In this document: piece by piece, positions 10,444-22,600 of the stretch
Layout of the letters: every line of letters begins with the position of its first letter
Position numbering within the stretch: position 1 is the stretch's first letter
NCBI GenBank assembly: GCA_000826855.1
Contig: JTLS01000034.1
Coordinates: 1 to 39,694 of the forward strand
Length of the DNA: 39,694 bases
Reading direction: 5' to 3'
Origin: Basidioascus undulatus
Taxonomy: Eukaryota
The notes under the pieces: generated by a model
Seen by the model: only the letters and a program-made list of their open reading frames with translations
Database searches by the model: none
What the model was told of the DNA's origin: nothing
Made by a program: the position numbers and the translations under genes

Positions 10444-13219
10444 CTATGCTCGGCCATCACACCTCCTTGCCTTTAAACAGCATAATTGTACGCTCCATGT
10501 CGCATCATCTCTACAGCTGAAGTACTCTAACCCTTCTGCAGCATTCAGGGTGTCTTCGTCCCATTCCCCTTGTTCTCCACCCGGCTCTCCTCTTCGTTGA
10601 TAGCGACAATCTCCGGACGCTTTCTCCAGGTCCCGAGCGCCCGATGAGCATCCGAAAAGGTCACTTAGCTCCTCAAGGCTCTTCCCTTGCGTCTCAAGCA
10701 AGAACCAGCCGATAATGGCAGTCTGAAACCAGGAGGCGAGTGATCAGGTCGAGGCAGCTCTCCCTTGTCCTTATGGCGCATGTACGCACAAGAACATCGA
10801 GAGACCCAAAAATTATGAAGAACTTCCAGCCCATTCGGTCCTGCATGCAGTACCGTCAACCTGAATCCTGGTGTACTGCAGCGCTCCGGTGCGAGCAACA
10901 GCGCGTACGATGATGATGGCTGTTAAAAGTATCAGTGTGGTTCAATAAGAAATATGCCAGCCAAAGACACTTATGACCCGCTTTCGTTTACTGAGTAAGA
11001 GAAAAGCCACTGCACTGGGAGGCTGCAAGGGTCGCGCCGTTGAGGGAGCGGAAGCTGGACGGGTATCGCGTTTCGTGAGCAACGACAGCGCTCATCCAGT
11101 TGACCTGAGGGATAAACTCACCGAGTGGAGTAATCTCAGCTGCATAGACCCTATAGTAGTCCATTGTGAGCATGGTCAAGCTGCTGCAGTCATAAGAAGC
11201 GGAGATACCAAGGCAAAGGCTTCAGACCAGGCGGTCGTCAGTTCAACGCTGGACTACATGCGACGAGGAGCCACTCACCACCCAGCTCATGCTGTAGATC
11301 CAACCGTAGGCGAAAATGAAAACTGAGTTCCGGCAAACCATGTAAGTGTTTCGGCTTGGCGCACTGCTGCTCAGAGCACTGCACTCACAGACGACCGCAA
11401 TGGTCATGCCGGACACAGTGTCGCTTTCCGGGGCATGCTTGAACAACGCGCCTGAGATGTACATTGTGATGCCCTGAGGTGTTTGTGGTCGCAGGACAGT
11501 CTTCGGGAGAAAAAGGAGCACCTTGATGGGAACGAACCATGCCCAAGCCACCGAGCACAAACGACATACGTCGACCGATCTGCTCGACGCCGATCAAAAG
11601 GTAGATCGCATTTGCGGACGTCTTGTTCAGACCATAGCATCCGGATAGGATGAGCTGTGTGCCTGTCGACTTGATGCCCGTCGTCTCCATGATAGTCGGG
11701 AAGTAGTAGCCGACTGTCAATGGTGTTCAGCCTAAGGTTTTGTGTGGTCCATGATAATGAAAGAAACGGACGTACTAGCCTGCAGGACACATATTGGTTG
11801 CCATGATTGTGGGGCGACTTCTCAGCACAGGTTCTCGCAGCCACATACACCGAATCATCGCAAATGCACGCACGTTCTGGCCACCCCATTTCTCTGCCAA
11901 TGACCCAGAGTGTCAGAGCGCCAGTTTTCATAGTGATATGAGGTTGACGTACGGCAGAACATCAGTACCACAGAGATGACAAAGCGAATCCGGATGCCTG
12001 GGTGCGTACGCTCAGCCGATTCAGCGTACTGCTACTAGCTGCACGAAGGTCTTTCCAAAATGATAGCGTACTCACCGGGTCTCAAAGCATCTTTCCAAGT
12101 CGTTTCTCGGCTATCCTCATTCTCCTTCTCAGTCGCCATCTGGTCCCGGTCCATCACAGTTCAGCTTCCTGTGTTAGTGAGCGATTTGAAGGATGGAAAA
12201 GTCGTACGTGAATGTCGCTGTACTCGGCCTGCGCGTCATGGCTGTCATGGGGAAGTGCGCGATAGTAGGCGACCACGGCAAGACCCTCCTCGTGGCACCC
12301 TTTGCGTTCCAGCCAACGCGGACTCTCCTTTTCAAAGAAGATGCCCAGAAAGAGGATGCCACCTGATGTAAATCTCCAGCGTTAGGTGCGGAGCCGACCT
12401 AGCGGCACCGTGGACTTAGCCAACGTACCAGGAATAATCTTTAGGGATGCAGCTTGTAAGCTTGCATAAAGATCTTCAATAAAATAGTCTTGACCAATCT
12501 GAATTGCCAGTGGAAGCCTCCACTGCAAGGCGTCATTGCTCGAGTATCCCTTGAGCACGCTGCAGTGGTGCAATCAGCCAGTTATGGAAGCATTCCATGG
12601 GAGAGACCACCCACCCGTAGTCGATCCAGTAAGATGCAGCGGGACCCCTGTGATCAAAGGTCAGCGGGTTTCCGTTGTTCGCCGTCGCAGTTGTTTCCCA
12701 CAGGAGCAACATCAACTGGAACATGCCGCCGAGGCGACCGCGAAGATCTCGGAGTGCACCGGGGTGAAAGTTGAGCCAAGCTTCAGGATTCGGATAGATA
12801 TTCATCTCACGGGCAGGCGCGATCTCGGAGATGTAGGTAGGAGTCAATGCGGAGAGGGCACCCTACGCGCAACTCACGATGCCCAAAACTGCGACAATCC
12901 GACCAGCATCTGAAAGACCATCTCCTTGTAAGCACCGTATCCGCATCGTGAAGTCAGGTTGGGTGGACCTACAAATGTACACGATGCTCCCGTGTGCCAC
13001 AGTTTGCACAATAGCGCCGCCTAAGACTACCCGATCTCTCGAACTGGTAAGAAATGCACCATTAGCAAGGAAGTAGAACGAACTCACAAACAACCGCGAA
13101 GATCTGAATGGGATATTTGCGACCAAGTCGCCCTGAGAGTCAAACAGCGTCGTCCGGCATCCAACGTCGAGTCTGAAGGTGGACGCTTACCCGCCGTAAA
13201 TGCTGATGAAGAGCAGCAT
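10444..13219 (-). pseudogene. MFS sugar-porter family transporter pseudogene, 5'-truncated
   Basis: Sugar-porter motifs in order: GRLGRK, YAGRIVAVLGI..., TPTYISEIAPA..LRGRLGGMFQL, QWRLPLAIQI, ESPRWL, YYFPTIMETTG, VEQIGRR, ETQGKSLEELSDLF. TM1-2 are missing. Lesions include in-frame stops, frameshifts, a 15-nt intron remnant (12863-12877) and a GAG acceptor. Confidence 0.85.
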
Positions 13220-13274
13220 CTGTTGATAAGTTAATTTATTCGGAAGTAGCGGATGTTTCAAGAAGATAGCTTAC

Positions 13275-13937
13275 GTAGCTCCCGCACATGTCAAGGGTGC
13301 GGCTTGCTCGAATGAAAGGTCATCCGGCAGTCGGACCGTACAACGCGAGTCTACGAGGACGTATTCAGCGAAACCGCCATCAATATTACTGTTGTGGGAA
13401 AATCCATCGGTGAGCGTAAAGGATTTGAGGTACGAACAGGAACATAAAACATTGTGGTCACGCACAAGCCCACCATCTTCAAGTTGTCGCAATAGATGAG
13501 CTTCTTGTGCTTGCAGTCTGGGCACTTGCCTGTGCAAGCGTCGAGTTTTAGCGTTATCAATAACTATCCACAGGGCGACTATACAAAAGATCAGGTACGC
13601 ACCGCAGGGATCCTTGAAGTTGAGAGCTGCAACGCGGTCACCGGGCTTGAAGCCGCCGACCGCGTCAGGGCCGAGCGCTTCAACGGTGCCCGCGACCTCA
13701 TGGCTGCCTGTGAGCGGTGTAGGCGAGCCGAACTGGCCCTCCTTCACGAGTTCGTCCTGAATGGGGACAACCACAAGTCAGCTCAAGCAAGGTCGACCAG
13801 CGTAGAATCGGGCCCACGGTGTGACAGTACCCGGCAGCGCCAACGCGCACTAGTACATCGAAGCCGAAGGGCACCGGCTTTGGCACCTCGTTGATCTGGT
13901 ACGGCTTGCCATACTCGACAACCTGAGCAGCTTTCAT
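13275..13937 (-). pseudogene. Zn-dependent alcohol dehydrogenase (MDR), N-terminal catalytic domain only; NAD-binding half missing
   Basis: Spliced MKAAQVVEYGKPYQINEVPKP...GYCHTD...GSHEVAG...DPCGKCPDCKHKKLIYC...DGGFAEY...AAPLTCAGAT. All catalytic and structural Zn ligands are present, but no GxGGLG Rossmann exon follows. The next exon is transporter-like. Confidence 0.85.
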
Positions 13938-14817
13938 GGTGAATTGGAGATGTGGCAGTGAGCGGTATGGGGCGCGCGGCGGGGATCGAGTAGAAAGATG
14001 TGCTTCAAAAAACACGGTTGAGGGTACAACGTGCGGCTCCAGTCAAATGGGCAATAATAATTCCATCATCACTGAGCTTGCTCCGTATCATGTACACAGA
14101 TGAGGCTGAATAGGTGAAGAGGGAGAATCGTGATGCAAGATTGGCGGATGATGCAGGAGCCGGTGGAGGGGTGCGGTTCCAAAACCACTTCCCGCTGCTA
14201 CAAACAAAGCGCCAGCAGCAAGCTCCAAAAGGGGCCTTAGAATATCTGGACTTGAAAGTGCGAGAGCATGGATAAAATCATGGCGAAGATAACAAAATGA
14301 CGGGCACGGCATCAGATGTCCCTGTGCACAAGCCAGGCTCCCTTCCTTTCCAGCCGTCCGCCTCAACCGGCACGAGAAGAGACAGGAATGTGACCTGCTG
14401 AGATGTTCCGAACACTGCCGAGATAAATATTTGGATCCGGGCCGAGCTTGGTCGAAGCAGGTAGGCTCATCCTTTTGTCATGGCCTTCTCCCATACTGAG
14501 GCCTTGCGCAAGACTTGGTGGAGGTACTTTGTAGAGACTTAAGACAGCGTGCTGGATATGTCCGGCTATGCAAACGAGGCTTGCAGTGGAAATCGCCGTC
14601 AACATAGCTTCCGCGTTGCAGCGAGAAGCACTGCAAACGGCACTGAGCGCCTGAATGTCCGGCCCGCTCTAAACGGCAGATGAAGTCGGACTGGAGCTAT
14701 ACCAATGGTCTTCGAAAACGTCATTACAGGCAGAAGACTTCACACTTCACACTTCATGAAAACTTAGGCGACAACTGGTCTAGCAAGGCATGGGCTACAC
14801 TGCGCTCAACGGAAGCC

Positions 14818-16142
14818 TCAATTCCCCTCCTTCACGATCTCCGCAACAACCTTGCCCCGAGCCCTCCCATTGTCGAGCTTCTCGAAAGCTTTCCGAATTC
14901 CCTCGTCCGAAAAGTCGAATGTCGAGTTGACCGGGACGACCAGCTCGCCCTTGTCGTGGAGGCCGAGGGCGGGCGCGAGGTAGTCGGGACGAGGCTCTAG
15001 GTTGATACACGCATACCTGTGAATCGAGAAAAAGGTCTGTTATCAGTGGACAGTCGCGAAAAGGGCGGTCAGATGGTTGAAGATAAAACACAGGACATAC
15101 CGAGGCCTGAGGCCGGGACGGCCCAGCCAGTGGCGAAGTACCTGCTGCGGCTTCCAGAAGTTGGTGGCGGCACCGCCCATGGTGCTGGAAAGAAGGATAG
15201 ATCATTGAGAAACAAGCGGAATGCTAGGTGTGCGAAAGGCAAAGACTCACGTCCGACCGGTGTTATCACCCACGATCGTAATGTATCCGCCACCGGTCGA
15301 GCTCAGCAGCTCGGAAAAGTGATGAAGAAGCTCTGTACCGCCGACGTAGTCGTAAATGACATCCCAACCTTTCTCCGGCTTGTGCCGCATCAGCCCCTCG
15401 AGGACAGACTCCTTGTTGTAGTCCACGACGTCATCCGCGCCGAGCTCCTTCACGAACTCCTCGTTCTTGCTCGAGCACGTCCCGACGACCTTGATCGCGC
15501 CGATGTACTTTTTCGCGATCTGTACGCTGTACACACCGGTCACGCCCGAGGCGCCGAGGATGGCGACAGACCCGCCCTTGCCGCGGCGGAGAAGGCCGTA
15601 GTGGACGAGCGCGGTGTACGAAGTGAGGAATGTGAGGGGGAGCGAGGCGCGGACGTGAAATAGAGCGCGGCGGCTTCGGAACGACGACAGAGAACGCGGG
15701 ATCGAGGCCGATGTGCGTCGCGAGGCACCCAGAGGGCGCGGACGGCCGCATGCAGAACCCGAATCGGTGTGCCAGGGGTGAGGGACACGCCGTTGACGAG
15801 CTGAGACGAACCGGCTTGCACGACCACGCCGGAGAAGTCGGCTGCAAGGCGAAACGGCTTGAGCATTGTTTGGGAGTGAGTTTCACGAGAGGAACAGCGA
15901 CTCGCAGCCGATGGCCTTCTCCGCCGTCCTGCCCCAGGTCCAGTCCACCCCCAGTAGTTCGCAAACTGGATGTCGACGGGGTTGAGCGCCGCTGCTTGTA
16001 CCTCGACTACGAGCTCCTCAGGCCCGCACGTGCCTAGCGGGTGAGGGGACCGGTGGATGACTTCGGAGGGCGGATAGCCCGGACGGGTGTAGGTGTACGC
16101 CTTAAGGCGATCGAGCTGAGCAGTCGTGGTAGTGCTGGACAT
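14818..16142 (-). pseudogene. Zn-independent MDR / quinone-oxidoreductase-like gene, copy 1, with about three frameshifts (pseudogene or consensus errors)
   Basis: AAALNPVDIQ, EKAIGSDFSGVV, ASLPLTFLTSYTAL, VAILGASGVTG, ELGADDVVDY, DVIYDYVGG, AFEKLDNGRARGKVV. Frame changes occur near 15944, 15763 and 15650-15670. I saw no in-frame stop in the homologous frames. Confidence 0.8.
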
Positions 16143-16985
16143 GTTGATTGTGCGTGTTCAAAGCGTTGGAAGCGGGAAAGAGTTGGTGTTGGTCCGGTAA
16201 AAGGAAATTCACTCATGCAGCACGGTGGAGGCACCGGAGGCGCCCACGGCAAGTCGTCATTTAGGTGATCATTTAGACCGTCGACGATGTCCATCAGCAA
16301 TGCACTTCTGTTCGTCGCTCGTGTGCAGTCCAGCATGAATGTACAACAACCTCCACTCCAGACCTTACAGCACCCTATTTGCATCCTTCTGTTGACTAGA
16401 CAAGGACTGGCAGTGTGCGGAGGTATGCATAGGGCTCGTCCCGCTCCACCTCGAACTGTACTCTACAGTCTGTGCGCCATCGGGCGGGACTGATAAGGGT
16501 GGTGGCGCTTCTCGAGGGATGCACATACATCTGACTGATCCGTACGCACACAACTTGGCGAGGGCGCAGAGGCAGGTGATATTTTGCGGTGCTCTGCATC
16601 AGCAAGCCCTTAAAGCTCGTTCACTGACGTATATAATGACTGCGAGTTGGCATACGGTAGCGATGATTACAAGACTGCGCACTGCAGCTTCGCAGTTGTT
16701 CGCAGTCATCACGCCCCCTCCTTCTCCCCTCTAGAGATTTATGAGTCCTGGAAAACTGTGGGTAGTGGAGTGAATACGTCTGCCTCAGATGTTTCCTGGT
16801 ACCATCGCTGCGTTGAAGATGTGCTACGATAATGCGTGTATGCGGTGAAAGAAGACTATAATAGAGCGAGCGATACATGACGATCAGAATGTCCGATGCA
16901 CGATGCTCTGTAGAGGCTGTGTATGCCTGTATGGATATTATAATGACTGTGCAGTTTCTCTAAATTCAGGTCAAGATCGTCCACT

Positions 16986-19015
16986 CTACGCGCGATGGTG
17001 GAACACCAGTTCCCCCGGCTGTCCTATCGGGCCGCGCTTGTCCGTCACCTCCTCAACGACCTCCCCCGGTCCGAGCATGGCGCTTCCGCAAGGTTTTGCA
17101 GGAACTCGACGGAGATGTCGACGATCGAGCGCATCACTGCGAAGGGGTCGGCTGTCATCCCTGAGCGCCGGGAGAGGCCGGGAAAGAGCAGGGGGAAGTC
17201 GGAGCTGCGTGAATAAGAAGGGGGAGGTTAGAGAGTGTGGGTTGAGAAGAGGAGAAGAGAGGGAGCGGACAAGGAGGTGTGGACGGATCCGCCTAAGGGA
17301 GATGGTTGGTGGGCATGAGGAGGCGGAGGAAGAGTGAGACGGTGGGAGGGGACGTACAGACTGTGAGCAGCCAGGCAGGGGCGACACTGCGCGCGAAACT
17401 CTTCACAGCGTTGCAACGGATACTCAGCCATTTTTCTCCATAGCGTAGAAGGTATGAAAGAGATGCGAAGTACTCGAAATGCTCTGTCCACTTCGTGAAC
17501 GGCTCCGAGTTGATGATGAGGAGCGGTTTGCGAATCTGCGGGCCTGTTGGTAGGTGCCCCTTCAGCTGCATGCATCTGACAACGACATGTATATGGAGGT
17601 CACCGTCGGGAGCTGGCGCGTCGACGGGATCAACCCACGGATCGAGTGCGATAGCGCGCGTGAACTGCATGTCTCCAGCTCGGAACGCCTCGATCTGCGG
17701 CGTCGGGGACTGTCAGCAATGTTACCTCGATCAATCCAGCCATTCCGCGTACCGTCGTCGCGCCCCCAAATGAATGTCCGGTCATCGCGACGTTCTGCAA
17801 GTCCACCGCGCCCTCCCAGCGCGACCAGTCCACGCCCGCCGGCGAGCCGTGCATGTTTTGCCGACGGTTCAGCTTCTCGAGTTCGGGGCCTTCGCCGGCA
17901 TTTAGGCGGCGGATCACTGCGAGCATTGGGATGAGACGTCAGCAAGAGCGGAAAGGGGTGAGGTGCTGGGCTCAAAGACTGACCCGCGAGCGTCTCGCGC
18001 ACTTCTGCAACGCGCATGACGAGCTGCTCCCTGCGCAGGGGAAGGTACGATTCCGGTTTCTCGTCTTTCCCAGGCCACCTTCAACAACCCCATCAGCCAT
18101 AAGCTCAATCATCTAGCGGAAGCAGCGGGAACCACCGTACTCCAACTCGCTCCACCTCGTATACTGCATCTCCCTCGGCGCCTCGCCCGTGTCCGCCGAG
18201 GGGTACACGAACGTGGACGGCGCGCTCCCGTCACGGTGCTCGATCGCCGCGACGACGTACCCGCGCGAGGCGAGCTCGCCGCAGTACTGCGAGTACATCG
18301 ACCGCGTGCCCGCCAGGCCGTGGCTGAAGATGATCAGCGGTAGGGGCTCGGGCCGCTGGAGAGGCGCGGAGATGGAGGCTGGGATCTGGAGAGGCGGTGA
18401 GTGCGGTCTGGGAAGGGAGCGGGGGAGTGACGGACTTTGATCCCTCCGGAGGCGAGGAACGAAACAACAGCTGGATAGTTGTGAAGGTCAGTCTGACCCT
18501 CCCGTGACTTGCAGCCAGGAGCCTTACGAGTCAAGAATCTCAATGCTCCTGGTATAGAGCAAGAGAAATTTCAGAGGTGTGCAGTTGCGGAAGTAAAACA
18601 CCTCGAATCACCTCCCACCTCCGCAAAACGAGCGTAGCCTGCTGCGGTAGCTCGCAGAGGCCTGATTGTGGGGGATGTGACATTGAGTGGAGATCTTCCA
18701 CAGGACTACACATAAAAATGCACCTGGGAAACCAGTCCAGCTTATCCGCATGCTTCGTCGACTCAGCAGAGTAAAAGAGCGTCGTGAGGGTCGTCTGCAG
18801 CCGGAGGGCCGGGCTCCCATCCGGCACTTTGAAAGTCCCAAAGTCCTTCGGGGATTCTACTGGCAGTTCTAGATCGAAAGCCCCCACTGTTGAGCGGGCG
18901 AAGTGGCGATTGGGTGAGTTGAAGATCGAATTGGTTAGCTGTGAAGGCGTGGAGACGAGCCTGTGTGAGGGCCGCTGTAGGATGGCAGCGTCGGGGTGAC
19001 GAAGGGTATGTGCAT
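16986..19015 (-). CDS. Platelet-activating-factor acetylhydrolase-like alpha/beta hydrolase (PAF-AH II / Lp-PLA2 family), multi-exon
   Basis: [27 protein letters not shown]..., [37 protein letters not shown], nucleophile GHSFGG, ALDPW, IINSEPF, VHTSFSDFP. The first intron (18960-18887) is GC-AG. A probable 1-nt indel in the A-run near 17094 makes the stop position uncertain. Confidence 0.88.
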
Positions 19016-19630
19016 TGAGAACGATGGTTTGAGTCCGATGGATGTTGGTATTTCTCGAGTTATTGAAGGTCAGATGAAAGGTTGAGGATTGGTCGTCCGA
19101 CCAACTTCAGCGGGATCGACGCCAACCGTCCAGGTTCCGGGGGCTCCCGCGGATCGAACACAAAGACTTTGTCCTGCGTCACGTCCGTGAAGGCCATACT
19201 CTCGCCATGTGGAATATCGTCATAGGTTGCGCGTGTACTTTTGAAAAATGCCATGTTGAACGGTGAATGCGAAGGGCAGAGACGAATACGATGGACGGCA
19301 AACGCTGCAAACGCGGTCAAGAGTCTTCCACAGCAAGTGACGTCGGTTGGGCCAAGCGCGTGAGCGTACCTTGAAGTTGGTCCACGACCTGCTCACGCCT
19401 TCTCCGCAAACCACCACCCTCTCCTCCAGGGAATTCTATTCCGAATAACGACCACGACGACATCAACAGCGACGACAGACGGAGTCCCAGCGTCCTTGCG
19501 TCCACGCCCGTGCACCAGCTCCTCTTCCCGCACTCTCACGTCTTCAACCACCACACACCTCGTGCACTGCGCCCGCCCTCGTCCCCACGCCTCTCGGCAA
19601 ACACCCCTTTAATATCTCAAATCCACGCCA

Positions 19631-22600
19631 ATGATCTCCTCCAAAGCACCAAAGCCGTACCATCCCTCCAAGGGCGACGAGGTGGCCGTCGCGGGCGAGC
19701 CTGACTCGTCCACCGTGGACCGCCGCTCCTTCTCTCAGGAGCAGCGCCCAGACCTGTTCGCTCCTGCCGAGCAGTACTACAACCGTCCGACGTACAACCG
19801 GACCAGAACGTTCTCTATGGGCGCGAACGTGAGTCTTATCGGCCTTCGTTTGGGCAACATCGCGCGGTGGGAAGGCGGGCTGCGGGTTGCGGGTCCCCTG
19901 CCCGTGCGGGTTCAGCGTGTTGCCGCTTCGTCTCTGAGGACTCGGAGGGTGTAGGCAGGCTCTGGGCATGGTATATTGACTCTGTTCTCTGCCCTTCTCA
20001 CAGCAAATCCAAGCGAAGCGCCGTCCGGAAACTTACCAAGGCGATAAGGTCGGCCGCTCTCGCCGCCTCAGCCATGGCGAGTCTTCCTCTTCTTCGCACA
20101 CCTGGGATAGAGGATGGGATGCTGAGAGGTCTTTATTTCCAAAGACGAGCCTTCCAACACCCCCCGCCGCTTCCTCGTCGACGTGGACGAGACCATGCGC
20201 ATCATCCTGGAGCAGGAGGACCTCGACGGCGACTACCAGGTTCGTCCTTGTCTTCTTTTGTCTAGTAGACTGCAGTGTGAAGCTAACTCTAATATATTCA
20301 CACCCCCTTCTCCAGATTTCCATCACCGACGCTGGCCCGAAGCTGCTCACCCTCGGCACAGCCACTAGCAACGGCCACAAGGCGTTCGACATCCGCGTGC
20401 GTTGGTCTTGCATTCCCCAAAGCTCTCCCCAATTTACTGAAAAAGCTTACTGCAGGGAAATTACATGCTCTCCAACCTCCTCCAAGAACTCGCTCTCGCG
20501 CGCGACCACGGCCGGAAGCACATCGTGCTCGACGAGGCGCGTCTGGCCGAGGACCCGGTTCAGCGCCTGTCGCGGATGATCAAGTACTCGTTCTGGCACT
20601 CGCTCACGCGGCGCATCGACGCCGACGGGCTCGAGCTTATCTGCGCCGACCCGAAGAACCGAGGCTCGAACCAGAACCCGCGCATCTACGTCCCCCACGC
20701 CGCGCCCGAGATCTACGAGTACTACATGAAGGTCGCCCAGGACAAGCCGCACCTCCACCTCGAGGTAGACCGCCTCCCCGAGAATCCCGACGACCCCCAC
20801 TTTGTCAAGAGCTTAAACGACAAGCCCGGGCTGCTTGCGCTCGAGATGAGGCCGAAGCTCAATGAGAAGGGGGAGAAGGTCGGGCTCGAGGGCATCCCGT
20901 TCGTCGTTCCCGGCGCTCGTTTCAACGAGGTGCGTAACCCAAATCCTTCCCCCGGTCTCTTGCACAACTCACTCTGACATGGAGGCGCGTGACAGCTGTA
21001 CAACTGGGACTCGTACTTCATTTCCCTTGGCTTGCTAGTGGACGGTCACACGGAGCTCGCCAAGGGCATCGTCGATCACTTCATCTTCGAAATTCGACAC
21101 TACGGCAAGGTCCGTGCTGCTGCCATCCCTCGGTCTTCCACTTCATGCGCTGAAGCCGTAGCAAACCTGCAGATCCTCAACGGCAACCGCAGCTATGTAC
21201 GCACCTTGTCCTGCGCCCTACGCTCGAATCTCATTAATGCCTCTTTCGCTTTGCTTTCCAGTACCTCTGCCGCTCGCAACCCCCCTTCCTTACCGACCTC
21301 GCCCTGCAAATCTACAGCCGGCTCCACCGCTCCAAAGAAGCGGAGAACAACGCGTGGCTGAAGCGGGCGATCCAAGCGGCGATCAAGGAGTACCACAACG
21401 TGTGGATGACGGCGCCGCGGCTCGACCCGATCACGGGCCTCTCGCGCTTCCGCCCCGAGGGGCTCGGCATCCCGCCCGAGACGGAGGCGAGCCACTTCAC
21501 GCACATCCTCCAGCCGTTCGCGCAGCAGCACGGCATCTCCGTCCTTGAGTTCACCGAGAAGTACAACGACCGCGAGATCGAGTGCCCCGAGCTCGACGAG
21601 TACTTCCTCCATGACCGCGCGGTCCGCGAGTCCGGACACGACACCACGTACCGCTTTGAGAAGCGCTGCGCGAACCTCGCGACGATTGACCTCAACGCGC
21701 TGCTGTACAAGTACGAGGTGGACATTGCTTCGGTGCATAGTCTTGTCCTGATTCATGCTTCCCGCTCGTCCGCGTGCTGATGTGGGGGGAGCGGCTCGCA
21801 GGCGATCCGCGACGTTTTCGACGACAAGCTCGAGCTCGAAGACGACTTCATCCTCACCCCCTCGCCGTTCGACACCGCCACGCCGCACACGTCGCAGGTC
21901 GGCAGGCACTCGCACGAGATCCCGCAGTCGAGCGCGGAGTGGTTCGAGCGCGCCGAGGGCCGGAGGCAGCGCATCGACAAGTACCTGTGTACGTCGGACA
22001 AAGCGCTGTCGCCCCGGTCCCCCCAGTAGCAGCGGACTGACATTGGGTGATCTGCAGGGAACGAGGGTAAGAGCATGTACTTCGACTACGACACGGCCAA
22101 GAAGAAGCAGAGCTTGTATGAGTCGGTCACGACTTTCTGGGCGATGTGGGCCGGCCACGCGAGCGACCATCAGGCGGAGAAGTTGATGTGTGTCGCCGTT
22201 CTGTCTGCGTATTTTTGTGTTCTAGACGTGCTTAACCTGCTGTCTTGCAGGACGCACGCCCTGCCCAAGTTCGAGGTCATAGGTGGTTTGGTGTCCGGCA
22301 CGGAGGAGTCGCGCGGGCGGATCTCGCTCGACCGGCCGAACCGGCAGTGGGACGTGCGTTCTGACTTCTCTTTAACTCTCTCCTCTTCCGCGCGTTCGAT
22401 GCTGACTGAAGCGAATGATACCGTCAGTTCCCGTACGCATGGGTGAGTTCCGCCGCGCCCCGCTGCGTTTGAGGCTCCAGGTCGTCCTTGCTCACCTTGA
22501 TCAACGTCGCGCGTAATCGCAGCCCCCTCACCAGATCACCAGCTGGGTCGGCATGGAGCGCTACGGGTACCTCGAGGACGCCCGCCGGCTGGCTTACCGC

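Noticed and set aside
21193..22170. 325-aa antisense ORF over trehalase, and similar long antisense ORFs at 26201-26770 and 37627-38694
   Set aside because: Expected shadow ORFs of high-GC3 coding sequence; they have no independent motifs.
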